NCBI GenBank assembly: GCA_964016885.1
Contig: OZ024743.1
Coordinates: 341,434,001-341,498,000 of the forward strand
Source: Eledone cirrhosa
Taxonomy: Eukaryota
DNA length: 64,000 bases
Direction: 5' to 3'
In this document: positions 13,694 through 29,021 of the stretch, piece after piece
Numbering within the stretch: the first letter of the stretch is position 1
How the letters are laid out: each line of letters begins with the position of its first letter
Made by a program: the position numbers and the translations under genes
Notes under the pieces: model-generated
Database searches by the model: none
What the model was told of the DNA's origin: nothing
Seen by the model: the letters and a program-made list of their open reading frames with translations, nothing else

Positions 13694-13855
13694 ACTAGAA
13701 ATTGATTGACATATATATATATATATATCTAAAATAAACATATGAAACAATCACAGGGAATACTTTGTAAAAGTGTGTAAGCACACATAGCTATGTAGGT
13801 AACTAATTAAAGTTTATCTAGAACTTTAAAAATAGATATCTTATAAATGGATTAA

Positions 13856-13945
13856 TCTTCCTTGTATATATTTCATTAAAGAAATATATTTCACCTTCAA
13901 TCGGTAAACCACAGTAGCCAGGTTTCGGATTTTCAACAAGGAAGA
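13856..13945 (-). ncRNA. Type I hammerhead ribozyme, U3-A8 core variant (UUGAAAA)
   Basis: TCTTCCTTG-TTGAAAA-TCC...GGT-GAAATATATTTC-TTTAAT-GAAATATATA-CAAGGAAGA gives a 9-bp stem I and an AUA triplet. A partial inverted copy lies at ~14085-14122. Confidence 0.72.
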
Positions 13946-14387
13946 AGACATAACTATCTGTGTTTACATAGCAAATTCAAATTTGCGAATGTCTAGTAGC
14001 ACGTGTTGCACTTTTCAAAAATACACACATTGTACCAGCTTCATCTCAGTGGCGTGAGTAGGGTTATCGACAACTAGATTGATGGTGAAATATATTTCTC
14101 TAAGGAAATCTATACAAGGAAGATTAATCCATTTATAAGGTGTCTATTTTTAAAGTTCTAGTTAAACTTTGATTAGTTACCTACATAGCTATGTCTGCTT
14201 TCACACTTTTACAAATTATTCCCTGTGATTGTTTCATTTGTTTATTTTATATATATATATGTCAATCAACTTCTAGTTGATATAAAATGGTCGGATCTAT
14301 TCATTGGAATCTTAGAGCATATTCTACAGTGGATATGGCGCATGTCTCTCTGACATGACACCCTTAATTTCATTTAATTTAATTTTG

Positions 14388-14425
<38 letters not shown>

Positions 14426-14427
14426 TA

Positions 14428-17679
<3,252 letters not shown>

Positions 17680-17733
17680 AAAAAAGATGAAATCGAAAAT
17701 GCAACTGGAGTCTTTTTAAGAATCTTTATTTGG

Positions 17734-17777
17734 TTCCTTTACTGGTTTCGCAGTTCTTGTGCTTTTCAAAAGTAGAA
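17734..17777 (-). ncRNA. Minimal hammerhead ribozyme, U3-A8 variant
   Basis: CTT-TTGAAAA-GCA-CAAGAAC-TGC-GAAAC-CA-GTA-AAG, followed by AATAAA. Confidence 0.55.
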
Positions 17778-17948
17778 TTGAGATGGAGGGTTTGTGGTTT
17801 TTCTCGCATCTGGTTGGTGTTCGAATGTTACGTCTGTTTTATCTGGGGAAAAAGTTGCTCGAATGCTAGGTCTTTAGATATATATATGTATCTATGTATA
17901 TATATATATATAACAACAAGTTAAAATTAACTACGTTTATTCATATTC

Positions 17949-17996
17949 ACTGAAATATATATTTCGGTGATAACAAGTATGACCTCATCAGGCAGT
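17949..17996 (-). ncRNA. Decayed hammerhead ribozyme (same family as 46207-46261)
   Basis: ACTGC-CTGATGA-GGT..ACC-GAAATATATAT..CAGT. Confidence 0.55.
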
Positions 17997-18025
17997 TAGA
18001 ACTTGAACAGAAAAAAAGGGAGACA

Positions 18026-18210
18026 TAATTGTTTCTACTTTAGGCACAAGACCAGCAATTACCCAGTGCATTAATGGTACTTTATTTTATCGACCCCTTA
18101 AGGATGAAAGGTAAAGTTAACTTCGGCGGGATTTGAACTCAGACCGTAAAGGGACGTAACTATGCTGGAAAGCATGGCGTCCGACTCTCTACCGATACTG
18201 CAAATCCACA
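18026..18210 (-). mobile_element. tRNA-derived SINE
   Basis: Reverse complement of the 11319 family. Confidence 0.85.
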
Positions 18211-18610
18211 ATAATAATGATGGAATAAAGTTTACCTTGTTAATTCGAAAAATGGTGTTCTTAATCCAACGAACTGGCAGCATATGGACTAAAATAAACG
18301 AATTCTGGCATCTTCTCATTGGTCAGATACCATCCTAACAGGTCAGTAGTCGTTGAAGCAGGTTATCCTGCGAATAGTTCATTTTAACATTCAACTATAA
18401 TATCTGCATGTAGGGGTGTTTCGGTTCAGTTGACCTATTTTACTGTGGTGGCAGTTGTATAGGCAACTCAGCGGCCATCTCTCACTTGCGGTAATATTCT
18501 AGCGTGTAACCTGATATCGGTACAACTGGGAGCGTTAGTGTTTATCCATATAATGGTAGTAGGAGATTTTAGAATTATAACTGTAGCTGTTAAAACCTAT
18601 ATATATATAT

Positions 18611-18642
<32 letters not shown>

Positions 18643-18646
<4 letters not shown>

Positions 18647-19450
18647 TATGAAGAGAGAAGAAACATTTAGATATAATTAGTAATAAAATGTATCATACCT
18701 AAACTGCTCCTTGATTCCTCGACTACGTAGTTTCGTGGCATAAACAAAAACAATTTGCGAGGTCTGCCGACTTATCAAGAGGATACCTCATTTTACTAGC
18801 CTCAAGAACGCGTCTACACGACGTGAGAAAGAATCCCAAAAGGCGGAGGGGGAGATAGTCACGCGATATAACGGTCGAGAAACAGAGCTAAGCCTCTTAT
18901 AACCCCGAAGAAAATACCACGGAGACGGAGGGGGTATTCATATCGAAGCCGTAGAAGAGGTGGTGAAGGAGGCGAGTAGTATGAGTAATGGCTGCCTTCC
19001 AGCAGTAACCACACTTCAAAGATTGCTCGACCAGAGGGAGTTATTAACAATATATTTAGAAACACACAGATACATGCGGACACACACATACATGCGGACA
19101 CACCCAACCGTGAGTTAAGGGTGCCAACCTCACCGATGTTGCTCAATGAATGACTGGGACAGACCAATCCGGTTGAACCAGACTGAACCAGTATCAGAGT
19201 TAAAAATACATTATGAAGAGAGAAGAAACATTTAGATATAATTAGTAATAAAATGTATCATACCTAAACTGCTCCTAGATTCCTCGACTACGTAGTTTCG
19301 TGGCATAAACAAAAACAATTTGCGAGGTCTGCCGACTTATCAAGAGGATACCTCATTTTACTAGCCTCAAGAACGCGTCTACACGACGTGAGAAAGAATC
19401 CCAAAAGGCGGAGGGGGAGATAGTCACGCGATATAACGGTCGAGAAACAG
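18643..19450 (-). repeat. Partial tandem (565-bp period) of a non-coding ribozyme-bearing element
   Basis: 18643-18884 is repeated at 19208-19449. A diverged opposite-orientation relative lies at 26426-27106. Confidence 0.8.
18716..18783 (-). ncRNA. Hammerhead ribozyme, U3-A8 variant (UUGAUAA); second copy at 19281-19348
   Basis: TCCTC-TTGATAA-GTCGGCA...TGCCAC-GAAACTACGTAGTC-GAGGA has a palindromic helix III and a GUC triplet. Confidence 0.75.
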
Positions 19451-19513
19451 TATATATATATATATATATATATATTTGAACTCGCGAATTTTATATTCTC
19501 CGAGTGAAAAGAT

Positions 19514-19595
19514 CCCTCTGACGAGAGTTTTTCTTTGCAACGGATGACGTATGGACTCCGTTTATTTTTGAGACTCGAAACCGATTCGGTAAAGG
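19514..19595 (+). ncRNA. Type I hammerhead ribozyme; second copy at 19781-19862 (267-bp period)
   Basis: CCCT-CTGACGA-GAGTTTT...GAGACTC-GAAACCG-ATT-CGGTA-AAGG. Stem I has one mismatch. Confidence 0.75.
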
Positions 19596-19684
19596 TAACC
19601 ATAGTAAGTAAAGTTAATTTTTAAAAATTTATTTTGAAACTTTTTCTTATTTGCTAAACCTTGATTATATATATATATATGTTT

Positions 19685-19745
<61 letters not shown>

Positions 19746-19951
19746 AATTCGCGAATTTTATATTCTCCGAGTGAAAAGATCCCTCTGACGAGAGTTTTTC
19801 TTTGCAACGGATGACGTATGGACTCCGTTTATTTTTGAGACTCGAAACCGATTCGGTAAAGGTAACCATAGTAAGTAAAGTTAATTTTTAAAAATTTATT
19901 TTGAAACTTTTTCTTATTTGCTAAACCTTGATTATATATATATATATGTTT

Positions 19952-20066
<115 letters not shown>

Positions 20067-20095
20067 TAAAATTATATATATATATATATATATTT

Positions 20096-20279
20096 AAATT
20101 ATTTAGCCTGATAGTGGGGTTAAGAACCCTGGGAGAAATGGAAAAAGATGCGTTGGTGTAAATGGTAGCACAGTGGTCCAGATAACCAAATATGTGTGTT
20201 CGACTCCTATGTACGTCAATACTCATATTTTTCCATTTCTCCGAGGGTTCTTAACCCAACTATCAGGCTAAATAATTTC
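20096..20279. repeat. Fold-back element (~55-bp arms) enclosing a tRNA-like Pol III A/B box segment
   Basis: Arms are AAATTATTTAGCCTGATAG..GGAGAAATGGAAAAA and its complement. The loop has TGGTGTAAATGG and GTTCGACTCC. Confidence 0.6.
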
Positions 20280-20389
20280 TTTAGTCAAAATATGGCGATA
20301 GCTTACATTTCTAATAAATATATATATATATATATATATATATTAAAGAAAACAAAACACTATATATATATATAGTTTTAATATAGATG

Positions 20390-20440
20390 AGATTCTACAG
20401 GACTAGAACTGATTCATTCTTGAGAAATCATCAGGAATCT
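20390..20440 (-). ncRNA. Hammerhead ribozyme (GAAA mutated to GAAT); sister copy at 28821-28875
   Basis: AGATTC-CTGATGA-TTTC-TCAA-GAAT-GAATCAG..CTGTA-GAATCT. Confidence 0.65.
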
Positions 20441-20955
20441 GACTGTCCAAATAAATGTGGTGATATTTATATCTTTTCTGATGGTAAGAGAGGTTTGGGA
20501 GTGGGATGGGGGGAGGTCATTTGTTGAAAGAAAAGGGAATTCATTATTCGCCAATGGCCCGCTACTGAACAAACTCTTTGAACACTGCCCGAACTGCATG
20601 CACAAAGACTTTTCAACTTTCAAATACCTTAAGCCAGTGTTAATGCCCGATGGCTAAACAAGATCTCCCCTTTTCTTTTTTTTTTGAAACCCCACTCGAC
20701 AAAATACCCCCTCTACGTCGTTCCCACCCTACCCCTACCCGTTCTCGTCCTGAAACACGGCACTATGGTTATGTAAGTACCTCTTATCTATCCGCATTTT
20801 CTGCTTGTAGAGCTGTATTTATGTGCTTGTGTATATGCGTATATTTATGAGTACATGTATGTATGTACTTGTATGAGTGGCCGTTCGTTTGTATGCGTAT
20901 GGTTGTGTGTACGTGCATTCATATGTTGCTGCATATGGGCATGTATGTGTATATT

Positions 20956-21006
<51 letters not shown>

Positions 21007-21162
21007 ATGTATGCATGTGTATGTATGTGTATGTGTGTATATATGTATATGTATATGTATGTATATATATATATATATATATCTAACGAAGGAAATGTGG
21101 TAAGGAACCAGATGGACCATAACGAACCAAAGTACTCAATACTTAGGGTAGGAGAGTGGGTA

Positions 21163-21280
21163 ATAGGAACGAGTAGGACCCCGACGGCTGAGCTCAAGCC
21201 GTTTCGACGGCCAATTCTGACTCCAGAATTAGCCGTCGAAACGGCTTGAGCTCAGCCGTCGGGGTCCTACTCGTTCCTAT
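21163..21280. repeat. 118-bp near-perfect palindrome built from the 3' half of a hammerhead
   Basis: Centred on ~21221. It contains GCCGTC-GAAACGGCT-TGAGCTC-AGCCGTC. Confidence 0.85.
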
Positions 21281-21300
21281 ATATATATATATATATATAT

Positions 21301-22563
<1,263 letters not shown>

Positions 22564-22593
22564 ATATATATATATATATTTATATATATATGT

Positions 22594-22682
<89 letters not shown>

Positions 22683-22784
22683 TATATGTATATATGCATA
22701 TATGTGTGTATATGTGTATATATATATATGTATGTGTATGTATATGTATGTATATGTATGTATATGTGAATATATACATGTATG

Positions 22785-22815
<31 letters not shown>

Positions 22816-22864
22816 GCATACATATGTGTATATGTATATGTGTATATATATGTATGTATATATG

Positions 22865-22949
<85 letters not shown>

Positions 22950-22961
22950 ATGTGTGTGTGT

Positions 22962-25363
22962 AGAAAAGATGAATATAAAATAAAAATGCTTTTATAAAGG
23001 AATTTATTAGGTATTGACATATCTTTCCGGAACAGACGGAATACCTATGTATCGCTGCTTGTGTAATCATATAATATTAGCACGTAATCGATAGCAAATG
23101 TATAATCAGTTGTCACTTCTTCAGAGATATTGGATAAATTGGAAATAATCAGAAAAAATCAAAGTATTTATATTAGTCGTAAGAAAGGAAGAAGAGTGGG
23201 GAAAGTATATGACAGATGGCAACTCAATTTGCTGGTAAACAAGTGTATAGAAGGTTTTTAATGAGAATACAATATGTATATGGCTTATTTTATCTAAATA
23301 AGAACTTTTGGGAGTGCCGATTTTAATTAATATTTGACCAGTTGAACAATGAACAGGGCTGGTGGCTTGGTGTGGTCGTATTAATACAGATATAAGGTGT
23401 CAAGTAAGGAAGAGAGATTTTCACTGCTACTGTAAAACAACAATGCTGGTAGCCTGTTGGTATATGCTTTAGGGGATTAAATTGAGAAACTTATTTTATC
23501 TATAGCATTTTATATTAAATGATAAAGAATAGAAGTGTTGATAGAATTAAAACTAATAGAGATAATGTTAATATGTCTTTTGACAATCAAACGGGAATGG
23601 GGACAGGCGTTCAATCCTGGTAGCGTTTGTAATATGAAAATGTCGATTTCAAGCGATCGTTACAGTATAACGATCACTCTATTCTGTTATTTAATAAAAT
23701 ATTTTTGGATTTCATAATACAAAACATTTCAATATTACACAATGCACAACATTTCTGTCCTTGGGATTACGCCTGGGCGGATATAATTTAATCCCATTTT
23801 AGGTAAAATTGTTGGTTATTTTCGTGCAGTTGCCAGCCTTATCTGCGAGTTTTGTTACATAACGCTGGTTTTCATGGTCGACGATCACCAAAACACTCAA
23901 AATAAATCTCATAGAGGTAGAAATAGCAGAGAATCACCACCATACACACACTACCGCAATAGACACACTAATAGTCGCACACCACCAAACAGAAGGCGAT
24001 GTAAAGAGTATATATGGTAAAACCCGGTCTATAACAACTCTATTAACACCAATCGACCCTCACAATTCTTTCGATTAGTTAAAAAACATTTTCCAGCATC
24101 ACATAAATATAATAAAATCTTAAACCCTAACACTGTTCGACTTTTATATTCAACCGCCTCTAATATTGAACAACATATAAAAAAGCTTAACGCAAAAAGC
24201 TTAACGCAAAATAAATGGCTTCCAACACATAAGAAAACATCACAAAAAAACAAACAACATCCCGACATGCCTAAGCAACCTCATCAACCCATCCATGAGC
24301 ATAATTATAACTGTAACTGTGTCCAACCAGGAATGTGTCCGTTGAATAATCAATGTCTTGAAAGCAACGTCATATACACATGTACTATCGAATCGGGTCG
24401 CCAGAAGTGCTACTATGTTGAGTCTACTGCTACCTCCTTCAAATCTCGCCTTTATAGACATCGCTACTCGATAAAACATGAAAACCAGCGTTATGTAACT
24501 TGGCAGCTGCGCGAAAATAACCAACAATTTAACCTAAAATGGGATAAAATTACCGCCGCCCGGTGTATTTCCATGGACAGAAAATTTGTGGATTGTGTAA
24601 TATGGAAATGTTTTGTATTATGAAATCCAAAATATTTTATTAAATAACAGAATAGAGCGATCGTTATACTGTAACCATCGCTTAAAATCGACATTTTCAT
24701 ATTACAAACGCTACCAGGATTGAACGCCGCCTGTCTCCATTCCCTTTATTTTGTCAAAATACATATTACCATTATCTCTATTAGTTTCCATTCTATCAAC
24801 ACTTCTATTCTTTATCATTTAATATAAAATGCTATAGATAAAATAAGATTTCTCAATTCAAATCCCTAAAGCATATACCAACAAGCTACCAGCATTGTTG
24901 TTATACAGTAGCAGTGAAAATATCTCTTCCTTACCTGACACCTTAATAATACTACCACACCAAGCCACCAGTCCTGTCCATTGTTCAACTGGTCAAATAT
25001 AAATTAAAATCGGTACTCCCAAAAATTGTTATCTAGATAAAATAAGCCATATACACATTGTATTTTCATTAAAAACCTTCTATACACTGGTTTACCAGCA
25101 AATTGAATTGTCATCTGTCATATACTTTCCCCTCTTCCTTTCTTACGACTAATATAAATACTTTGATTTTTCTGATTTTTTCCAATTTATCCAATATCTC
25201 CGAAGAAGTGACAACTGATTATACATTTGCTATCGATTACGTGCTAATATTATATGATTACGCAAGCAGCGATACCTAGGTATTCCGTCTGTTACAGAAA
25301 CATATGTTAAAACCTAAAAAGTTCCTTTATAAAAGCACTTTCATTATATATTCATGTTTTCTA
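22962..25363 (+). mobile_element. Penelope-like element remnant with ~900-bp inverted arms and decayed hammerheads
   Basis: Arms are ~22962-23875 and ~24477-25363. C(T/C)GAAGA..GTGACA/TGTT(A/C)C..GAAA(C/G)ATATGT(C/T) occurs at 23011-23130(-) and 25193-25315(+). Confidence 0.8.
24040..24700 (+). pseudogene. Penelope-like thumb/linker + GIY-YIG endonuclease, decayed
   Basis: FFRLVKKHFPASHKYNKILNPNTVRLLYS, then CNC..CPLNNQCLESNVIY..YYVES T..FKSRLYRH..WQL..LKW. Confidence 0.85.
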
Positions 25364-25467
25364 CATTTTATCCAGAATATAATTTATACTCGTTGAGCAA
25401 ACCTACACGTACGCTGTTCATCGTTAATGTGACGATATATTATCACTACATTATTGATAACTTGAAA

Positions 25468-25516
25468 TTTTATATATATATATTTATATATATATATGTA
25501 CGTATGTGTACGTATG

Positions 25517-25547
<31 letters not shown>

Positions 25548-25662
25548 GTGTGTATATATGTATATATATATATATATGTATATGTGTGTATGTGGGTATG
25601 TGTATGTATGTGTATATGTATATATATATGTATATATGTGTATATGTATGTACGTATGTATG

Positions 25663-25699
<37 letters not shown>

Positions 25700-25706
25700 A
25701 AGTGTG

Positions 25707-25737
<31 letters not shown>

Positions 25738-25798
25738 GTATATATATATGTATGTATGTATATATCTGTATGTGTGTGTATGTGTATATATGTATATA

Positions 25799-25849
<51 letters not shown>

Positions 25850-25911
25850 GTGTATATGTTTGTGTGTGTGTGTATGTATATACGTGTATATATGGGTGTG
25901 TATATATATAT

Positions 25912-25943
<32 letters not shown>

Positions 25944-26012
25944 GTGTTTATGTATATATATATATGTGTACATACACATATACGTACATTTACACACACA
26001 AATGAATATATA

Positions 26013-26074
<62 letters not shown>

Positions 26075-26119
26075 CATACATACACATATGCATACATACA
26101 AACACATATATATATACAC

Positions 26120-26194
<75 letters not shown>

Positions 26195-26311
26195 CACATA
26201 TACATACATTTACTCACACACACAAATAAATATATATGTATATACATATATATATACATATATATATATATATATGCATACATACATACACATATGCATA
26301 CAAACATACAC

Positions 26312-26404
<93 letters not shown>

Positions 26405-26425
26405 ATATAGAGAGAAACACACACG
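25468..26425. repeat. Compound (TA)n/(TG)n/(CA)n microsatellite
   Basis: Seen directly. Similar tracts lie at 12750, 17566, 19960, 22320-22960, 28037, 36229 and 62255-63060. Confidence 0.95.
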
Positions 26426-27105
26426 GGGACTATAGAATCAGCTTAGGTATGATATATCTTATTACTAATTATATCTAATGTTTCTTCTCTCTTCATAATG
26501 TATTATATAGCTCTGATACTGAATCAGTCTAATCAAATTTGGATTGGTTTGTCCCAGTTATTCATAGAGCAACATCGGTTGAGGTTGGTACCACTAACTC
26601 AGGGATATATGTGGATATATTCATGTGTATGTATGTGTCCGCATGTATCTGTGTGTTTCTCTCTATATATTGTTTATAACTCCCTTTGGTCGAGTAACCT
26701 TTGAAATGTAAAGACTGCTGGATAGCTACCATTACTCATACTTCTCGCCTCCTCAAACCACCTCTTCTTCGGCTTTGATATAAATACTCCCTCCGCCTCC
26801 GTTGTATTTGTTTTAAGGTTATAAGGAGCTTAGCTCTGTTTCTTGACCGCTGTATCACGTGATTGACTCCCCGTCCGCCTTTTCGAGATTCTATCTCGCG
26901 CATCACAGACGTGTTTTGAAACCCTTAATGAGGTATCCTCTTGATAAGTCGCCAGAACCTCACACAAACTCTATATCTCTATGATGTAGTGTTTTTGCAT
27001 AATATGCCATGAAATTACGTGGTCAGGGACTATAGAAGCAGTTTGGGTATGATATATCTTATTACTAATTATATCTAATGTTTCTTCTCTCTTCATAATG
27101 TATTA

Positions 27106-27106
<1 letters not shown>
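26426..27106 (+). mobile_element. Monomer-plus copy of the 565-bp-period family with a U3-A8 hammerhead at 26936-27029
   Basis: TCCTC-TTGATAA..TGCCAT-GAAATTACGTGGTC-AGGGA. An ~80-bp terminal direct repeat occupies 26427-26506 and 27026-27106. Confidence 0.7.
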
Positions 27107-27174
<68 letters not shown>

Positions 27175-27287
27175 ACTAGAAATTGATTAACATATAAATA
27201 TACATGAATGATCACAGGAGATAATTTTAGCCCGCGTGTAACCACGCATAGCTAGTATAGGTAATATTTACCTTTAAGTATGATTAA

Positions 27288-27385
27288 CCTTCCTTGTATA
27301 TATCCCATTAAAGAAATATATTTCACCAATTCATCAGATGGTAAGTCACGGAAAGTGGACATTATTGGATTGTCAACAAGGAAAG
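27288..27385 (-). ncRNA. Hammerhead ribozyme, U3-A8 variant (UUGACAA)
   Basis: CTTTCCTTG-TTGACAA-TCCAAT...ATTGGT-GAAATATATTTC-TTTAAT-GGGATATATA-CAAGGAAGG. Confidence 0.78.
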
Positions 27386-27705
27386 TGTAACAATGTCCAG
27401 CCATCCTTCTTTACAGGACGAGCCAAAATCTTCAACTAGCCATCACCACGTGTTGCGTCTACACAACATAGCGGTTTCGCAATTTCGATTTAGATTAAAT
27501 TCATTTAATTTATCTTAATTTTGGATATAGATATATATATATTGCTCCTTAACTGTAGAGCTATTTCTGTTGAAGAAAATTTAACTGCTATTTCTAGTTG
27601 GCAAATACCTATTCACGCCACTGAAACGAAACCGCTATCTTGTGTAGACGGCTAGTTGAAGATGTTGGCTCGTCCTGTAAGGACGGATGGCTGGACATTG
27701 TTACA

Positions 27706-27803
27706 CTTTCCTTGTTGACAATCCAATAATGTCCACTTTCCGTGACTTACCATCTGATTAATTGGTGAAATATATTTCTTTAATGGGATATATACAAGGA
27801 AGG
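27706..27803 (+). ncRNA. Hammerhead ribozyme, U3-A8 variant (inverted partner of 27288-27385)
   Basis: The same motif on the + strand, within the inverted element ~27170-27990. Confidence 0.78.
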
Positions 27804-28034
27804 TTAATCATACTTAAAGGTAAATATTGCCTATACTAGCTATGCGTGGTTACACGCGGGCTAAAATTATCTCCTGTGATTATTCATATATATTTATATG
27901 TTAATCAATTTCTAGTTATTATTGTATACTCAGACTTATCTTAGAGCTTAATTTACAGGATGTATGGCGCATGTTTATGACATGACACCCACAATTTCGA
28001 TTTAGATTAAATTCATTTAATTTATCTTAATTTT

Positions 28035-28071
<37 letters not shown>

Positions 28072-28211
28072 CACATACACATACACACACATATACATAT
28101 ATACATACACATATATATATATATGTGTGTGTATGTAAATGTGTATATGTGTATATGTATGAATGTGTGTATATATATATATATAAATACATATATATAT
28201 ATATACATATA

Positions 28212-28260
<49 letters not shown>

Positions 28261-28820
28261 TCACACACATACACACACACACATATATACATATATATAT
28301 AGATATATGTATATATATATGTGTATATGTGTTCGTATATGTTTGTATATGTTTATATTTATATATATGTGTGTTTGTGTATGTGAATGTGTCTGTAGAC
28401 ACCTGAAATATAGCTTAAGAGAAACATGACAATAAGGACAGGCACCCAATGTTTGTACTTGTTTATGGAATTCTCTCTGCCTTTGTCACTCTAAGTAGAG
28501 CTTTAAAGAATTAGCTTTTAAAGAATTTCCCTTTTCTTTAAACCCATCAACCATGACTGACCCCCAACCATCTTATAGACACCTGAAATATAGGCATTGT
28601 TAGCTTAAGAGAAACTTAAACATAAGGAGCGACACCCCAATTTGAAGTTGTTTATAGAATTCTTTCTGCCTTTGTCACCCCTAAATATAAATTATAGCTT
28701 TAAAGAATTAGCTTTTAATGAATTCCCTTTTCTTTCAACCAATGACCTCTACCCATCCCACTCTCCCAGACTCTCCTACCACCAGAAAAGATATAAATAC
28801 CACCACATTTATTTGTACAG

Positions 28821-28875
28821 TCAGATTCCTTATGATTTCTCAAGAATGAAACAGTTCGAGTCCTGTAGAATCTGA
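28821..28875 (+). ncRNA. Hammerhead ribozyme (core mutated to CTTATGA)
   Basis: TCAGATTC-CTTATGA-TTTC-TCAA-GAAT-GAAACAG..CTGTA-GAATCTGA, with an 8-bp stem I. Confidence 0.65.
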
Positions 28876-28959
28876 TCTATATTAAAACTGTTATACTCTG
28901 CTATGTATTGAGTACCTTACTTACTGTAGTTACCTCCGATTCAAACCCGGAATAACTTA

Positions 28960-29021
<62 letters not shown>

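Noticed and set aside
25354-26478. Long YIYI/VCVC/HTHT ORFs (also at 20800-23070, 28000-28450, 36200 and 62150-63200)
   Set aside because: These are translations of dinucleotide microsatellites that lack stop codons.
27321-27345. Internal CTGATGA-ATTGGT-GAAA as a separate hammerhead
   Set aside because: It has no helix II, it is mutated in the partner copy (CTGATTA), and the GAAA is better explained by the UUGACAA fold.
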